NCBI GenBank assembly: GCA_051294375.1
Contig: CM119267.1
Coordinates: 26,241,293 to 26,305,292 of the forward strand
Source: Paraspadella gotoi
Taxonomy: Eukaryota; Animalia; Chaetognatha
Reading direction: 5' to 3'
Length of the DNA: 64,000 nucleotides
Made by a program: the position numbers and the translations under genes. The stretch's first letter is position 1, and every line of letters starts with the position of its first letter. The notes under the pieces are model-generated. The model did no database searches. It was not told the DNA's origin and saw nothing but the letters and a program-made list of their open reading frames with translations. Positions 60,803 to 64,000 of this stretch are shown piece after piece.

Positions 60803-63800
60803 GACTTGACTTGACTTGATAGGCGTTCGTGCCTCACTCTCTCAATGCTGTCGTCGTATGTGTCGCGCCTCGATTTGATCTATCGAGATCCATTCCGCAA
60901 AGAATTACATCTAACTCGAACACTTTGAAAACTCTAGCTTCTTCAACTTCTCTTCCTGAGCTCATTAGACCAGCTATCTCACAGCTTCTCCGGTGCTTGC
61001 TTATATAATTCGGGCTATACTCTTTTCCCACAAACGCATCCTTCCTTTCTCGATGAGTCACTGGCCTTACACCCACATACCTTATAGTGGTTAATCAGGT
61101 TTGCTTCCTGACTGAAAGATTACATCACATTTTCCGCAACTGAAAGACTTCTTCTGACTGGATACCTTCGTGAATTCCTTTTTTGTGTGTCACAAGACCG
61201 GCTCTCGACTTGCATTCTGTTCTCCACAGTAAGACAAATAAATCTATTTTCTCTTCTCCCAACATTCCTTGTTATGCTGTCCCCCCTCCACTTATGCCCT
61301 AGACTCTTTTCCCATTCCTAACGGTGGTCCATCCTCTCCTTTACTCGAATTCTCCATAGCTTTCGGTCTTTTGTCATACTCCTATATCGCACACATCCAT
61401 CCCAGCTCTCTTAATATTTTTCTCCAGTAGTGGTGGGTCCTTCTGTTTCCTTTACACTTTTAACTCCATTTCTCTAGTTCGCTCATCCATCCAAGGATTA
61501 CAGCCTTGGCTATTCGGTCATCCTCCATCCTCATCACATGTCCTATCCTTTCTAAACACTCTCTTTTCAATTTTCCATCTTATGCTTTTTATCCTCAGGT
61601 GAGATCTCACATCCTGCATGTTAACACCTTCCTCCTGCATTTGAATCAACGGAGGCTTATTCCTCGTTCTCACACAACAAATCTATATGCTTTGTCTACA
61701 AAAGCTCTGAAGAGATTTTATTTCCCTTAGAGTCCAAACTCTTACGGCAATGTCCAAAAAGAGAGTTTTCTACGCATGCTTCTATTATTCTTGCCTGCAT
61801 CCTCTTGGATAGGCTCGACCCACTGAGCTGTTTTTAAGCTTCCACAAGTCTTATTTGCTCTCTTTGATTCTGTTCTTCACATCGTCCTTCCATCCCATCC
61901 AGTCTGCCTAACATCCTCACCCCCACCACTACCTTCTCTACAAATTCAAGTTTCTCTTCTTGTCATCATTGTTCCTTTCCATCATATCTCCCATGACCTC
62001 CTTAACTATTCCCACTCCTCCTTCCACTTCCTTTTCATCCCCTACTAGAGTTGTGTCATCACAAAAGGGCTCTTATCAATAACTATTCCAATGGACTCTG
62101 AATTTCTTTTGCCCACATTTCTCCCTGTATGAAGCTTCCGGTGTACCAGTTGTGTACTGTATTCAAATGTCATTCCCATTTCTCTTCCGCTCGAGATTTC
62201 CTTTCTATCGCTTGCTTGTCTCATCCACCTGCTGGTGATATTATGTTGAATAAAATCACAGGAGGTTGGGCATCCTTCCCTTAATCCTCTTTGTGGCACC
62301 CAGCTTTCACTAGTCCCCTCTTTCCCTCTTACAGCATATTCCGTCGTTTCATGTAGATTTACCAACACCTTCAGGAGGCGCCATTCAGTCCATACCTCTC
62401 CAAGAGCCTCCACAAGGCGGGCTTGTTGACTCTAGGATATGCTTTTCTCAGGTCGAGCAGTCTTGCTACTGGGTTGAAAGTGTCCACACCCCTCACCCTC
62501 CTTGCTTCCAGGTCTAAAGCATCTTCCTGCATTCTAAACATCATCTGTGTGGCATCTGCTGTTGATCTTCCGCTCCTGATCCGCGATTGATCGTCGTCCA
62601 GAAGCTCCATGTCTTCTGCCCATTTCTTTAGCCTGCTAGCTACAGTCCTCGCCAGTACTCTGCTTGCCAGGATAATAGGCAAACACCTCTGAAATTGTTG
62701 GGTCGTTCTTACCCTTTTCTTTCCATATTGGTACAAACATAAACCTTCTTTTTAAGCTGTCCTCCCAACTATCCGCATCCCTTTCAAACATGAAGAACCC
62801 AATCTTGACCAGCTCGTCTAATACAGGATTCCTCCTCCTCTCAGCAAGTACACCAGTCTGACTCCATCTTCCCTGAGCATGCCTCTCTCATTCTAGCACT
62901 AATTCCTTCACTATTTCTTCTTTCTCTGGGCTTTGTTAAGAGACTCTCGCCACTTCTCCGTCCTTGCATCTTTTCTTAGGTCTGTTCACAGTCCACAGCC
63001 TTCATGATCTCGTCCGGGCAGTTCTCAAACCTTTCGCACCCAACTTTGAGAATTGAGCTTTGAAATCTTCCTTTGTTAGCGTAGTTACATTTCTTTTCTT
63101 CACCCTCTTGTCCCTAGCTGACGTAACACCTTATACATTTTGCCTATGTCACCCCTGTTTCCTGCATCGCACACTCCTTATAATTTTCCATCCACCATCC
63201 CTTTCCCAATCTTCTCTTCGTCTTATTCCATAAGTTTCTTGCCGCTTTTAGCTCTATCCTCACTCTTCTCAGCTCTTCCCCTTCCTGTCGACTCTCCATC
63301 ATCTGGTTCCTCTTGTCCAGTAATTCCGTTACACCTCTTTTCATGAACACTTATCTCATCCTCTCTTCCTGCCATCCATGGATCTGACACGCCTCTGTCT
63401 CTCTTGCCACATGCTGATTCCGCCGCCTCATCACGCATTTCGCTAATCTGCACCAGTTGGATGAATAAATTGTCCGTGTCATCTTTGTTCAGCTCAAGCT
63501 TTTTCCTCACTTCCCCTTGATATTTTCTTCCGTTTCCTCGTCTTTTAACAGCTCCCATCTTATCTCCGCTCTCTTACCTTCACGAAATTCTTCCTCCACT
63601 TCTTGTTCTTCAACTTGAGGACCATCTTATTTTGCTTGTGGTCGGATAGAAACAGATTCGCCTACCGTCTTTACTTTTTTCACAAAATGATGTCGTTGGT
63701 TCATCCTCATGAATGAAGCCGTCGAGCTCATACCAGTTTCCGTTTAGGTCGAGAACCAAGTTCCCTGTTTTTTCTTTGTAGAGACTATTTACCCCAGCAT

Positions 63801-64000
63801 ACGCCATTTTCTTCACACCAAGTCATCAATTCTCTCCCTTGCTCATTTGATCTAACCAGTCCAAACACTCCTGTTTGTCCGGTTCTCCCTTCATCTCTTC
63901 CGATGTGTGCATTGAAATCGCCCCCTCAATTAGAGCAGGTTCCTCACGCTTGGCCCAGTTCATGTGTTCCTTCAGCGATTCTCCTCGTTCTCCTTATTTA
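60803..64000 (-). mobile_element. Decayed LINE (APE + RT, RTE-like), 5' end outside the window
   Basis: APE motif GDFNAHIG; RT motifs RSTADATQ, LLDLRKAYPRVNKPALW, GLREGCPTS; C-terminal zinc-finger-like remnant; (TCAAG)n tail; many frameshifts. Confidence 0.88.

Overview
AT-rich, intron-containing animal (invertebrate-like) genomic DNA. It holds five co-oriented + strand genes: the 3' part of a coiled-coil protein ending in a dynein microtubule-binding-like domain, an intronless FZR1/Cdh1, a clavesin-like CRAL-TRIO gene, SNRPA1 (U2A') and the 5' part of KANSL3. Introns and spacers are packed with nested mobile elements: TIR elements/MITEs, DINE-1/Helentron-like elements, a non-autonomous DIRS with ITRs and ICR, a broken Penelope-like element, a decayed LINE and a decayed LTR element. 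The main finding is four divergent families of ~235-280 bp LTR-like units, each carrying a tRNA-type Pol III A/B box followed by a type-P5 twister ribozyme fold with a palindromic P1. They occur as solo units with 4-bp TSDs and as two-LTR mini-elements with a shared TGGTGAGCCC PBS-like motif and a G-rich PPT, i.e. candidate animal twister LTR retrozymes. Minimal Penelope-type hammerhead motifs also occur. All structures were derived by eye and need computational and experimental confirmation.
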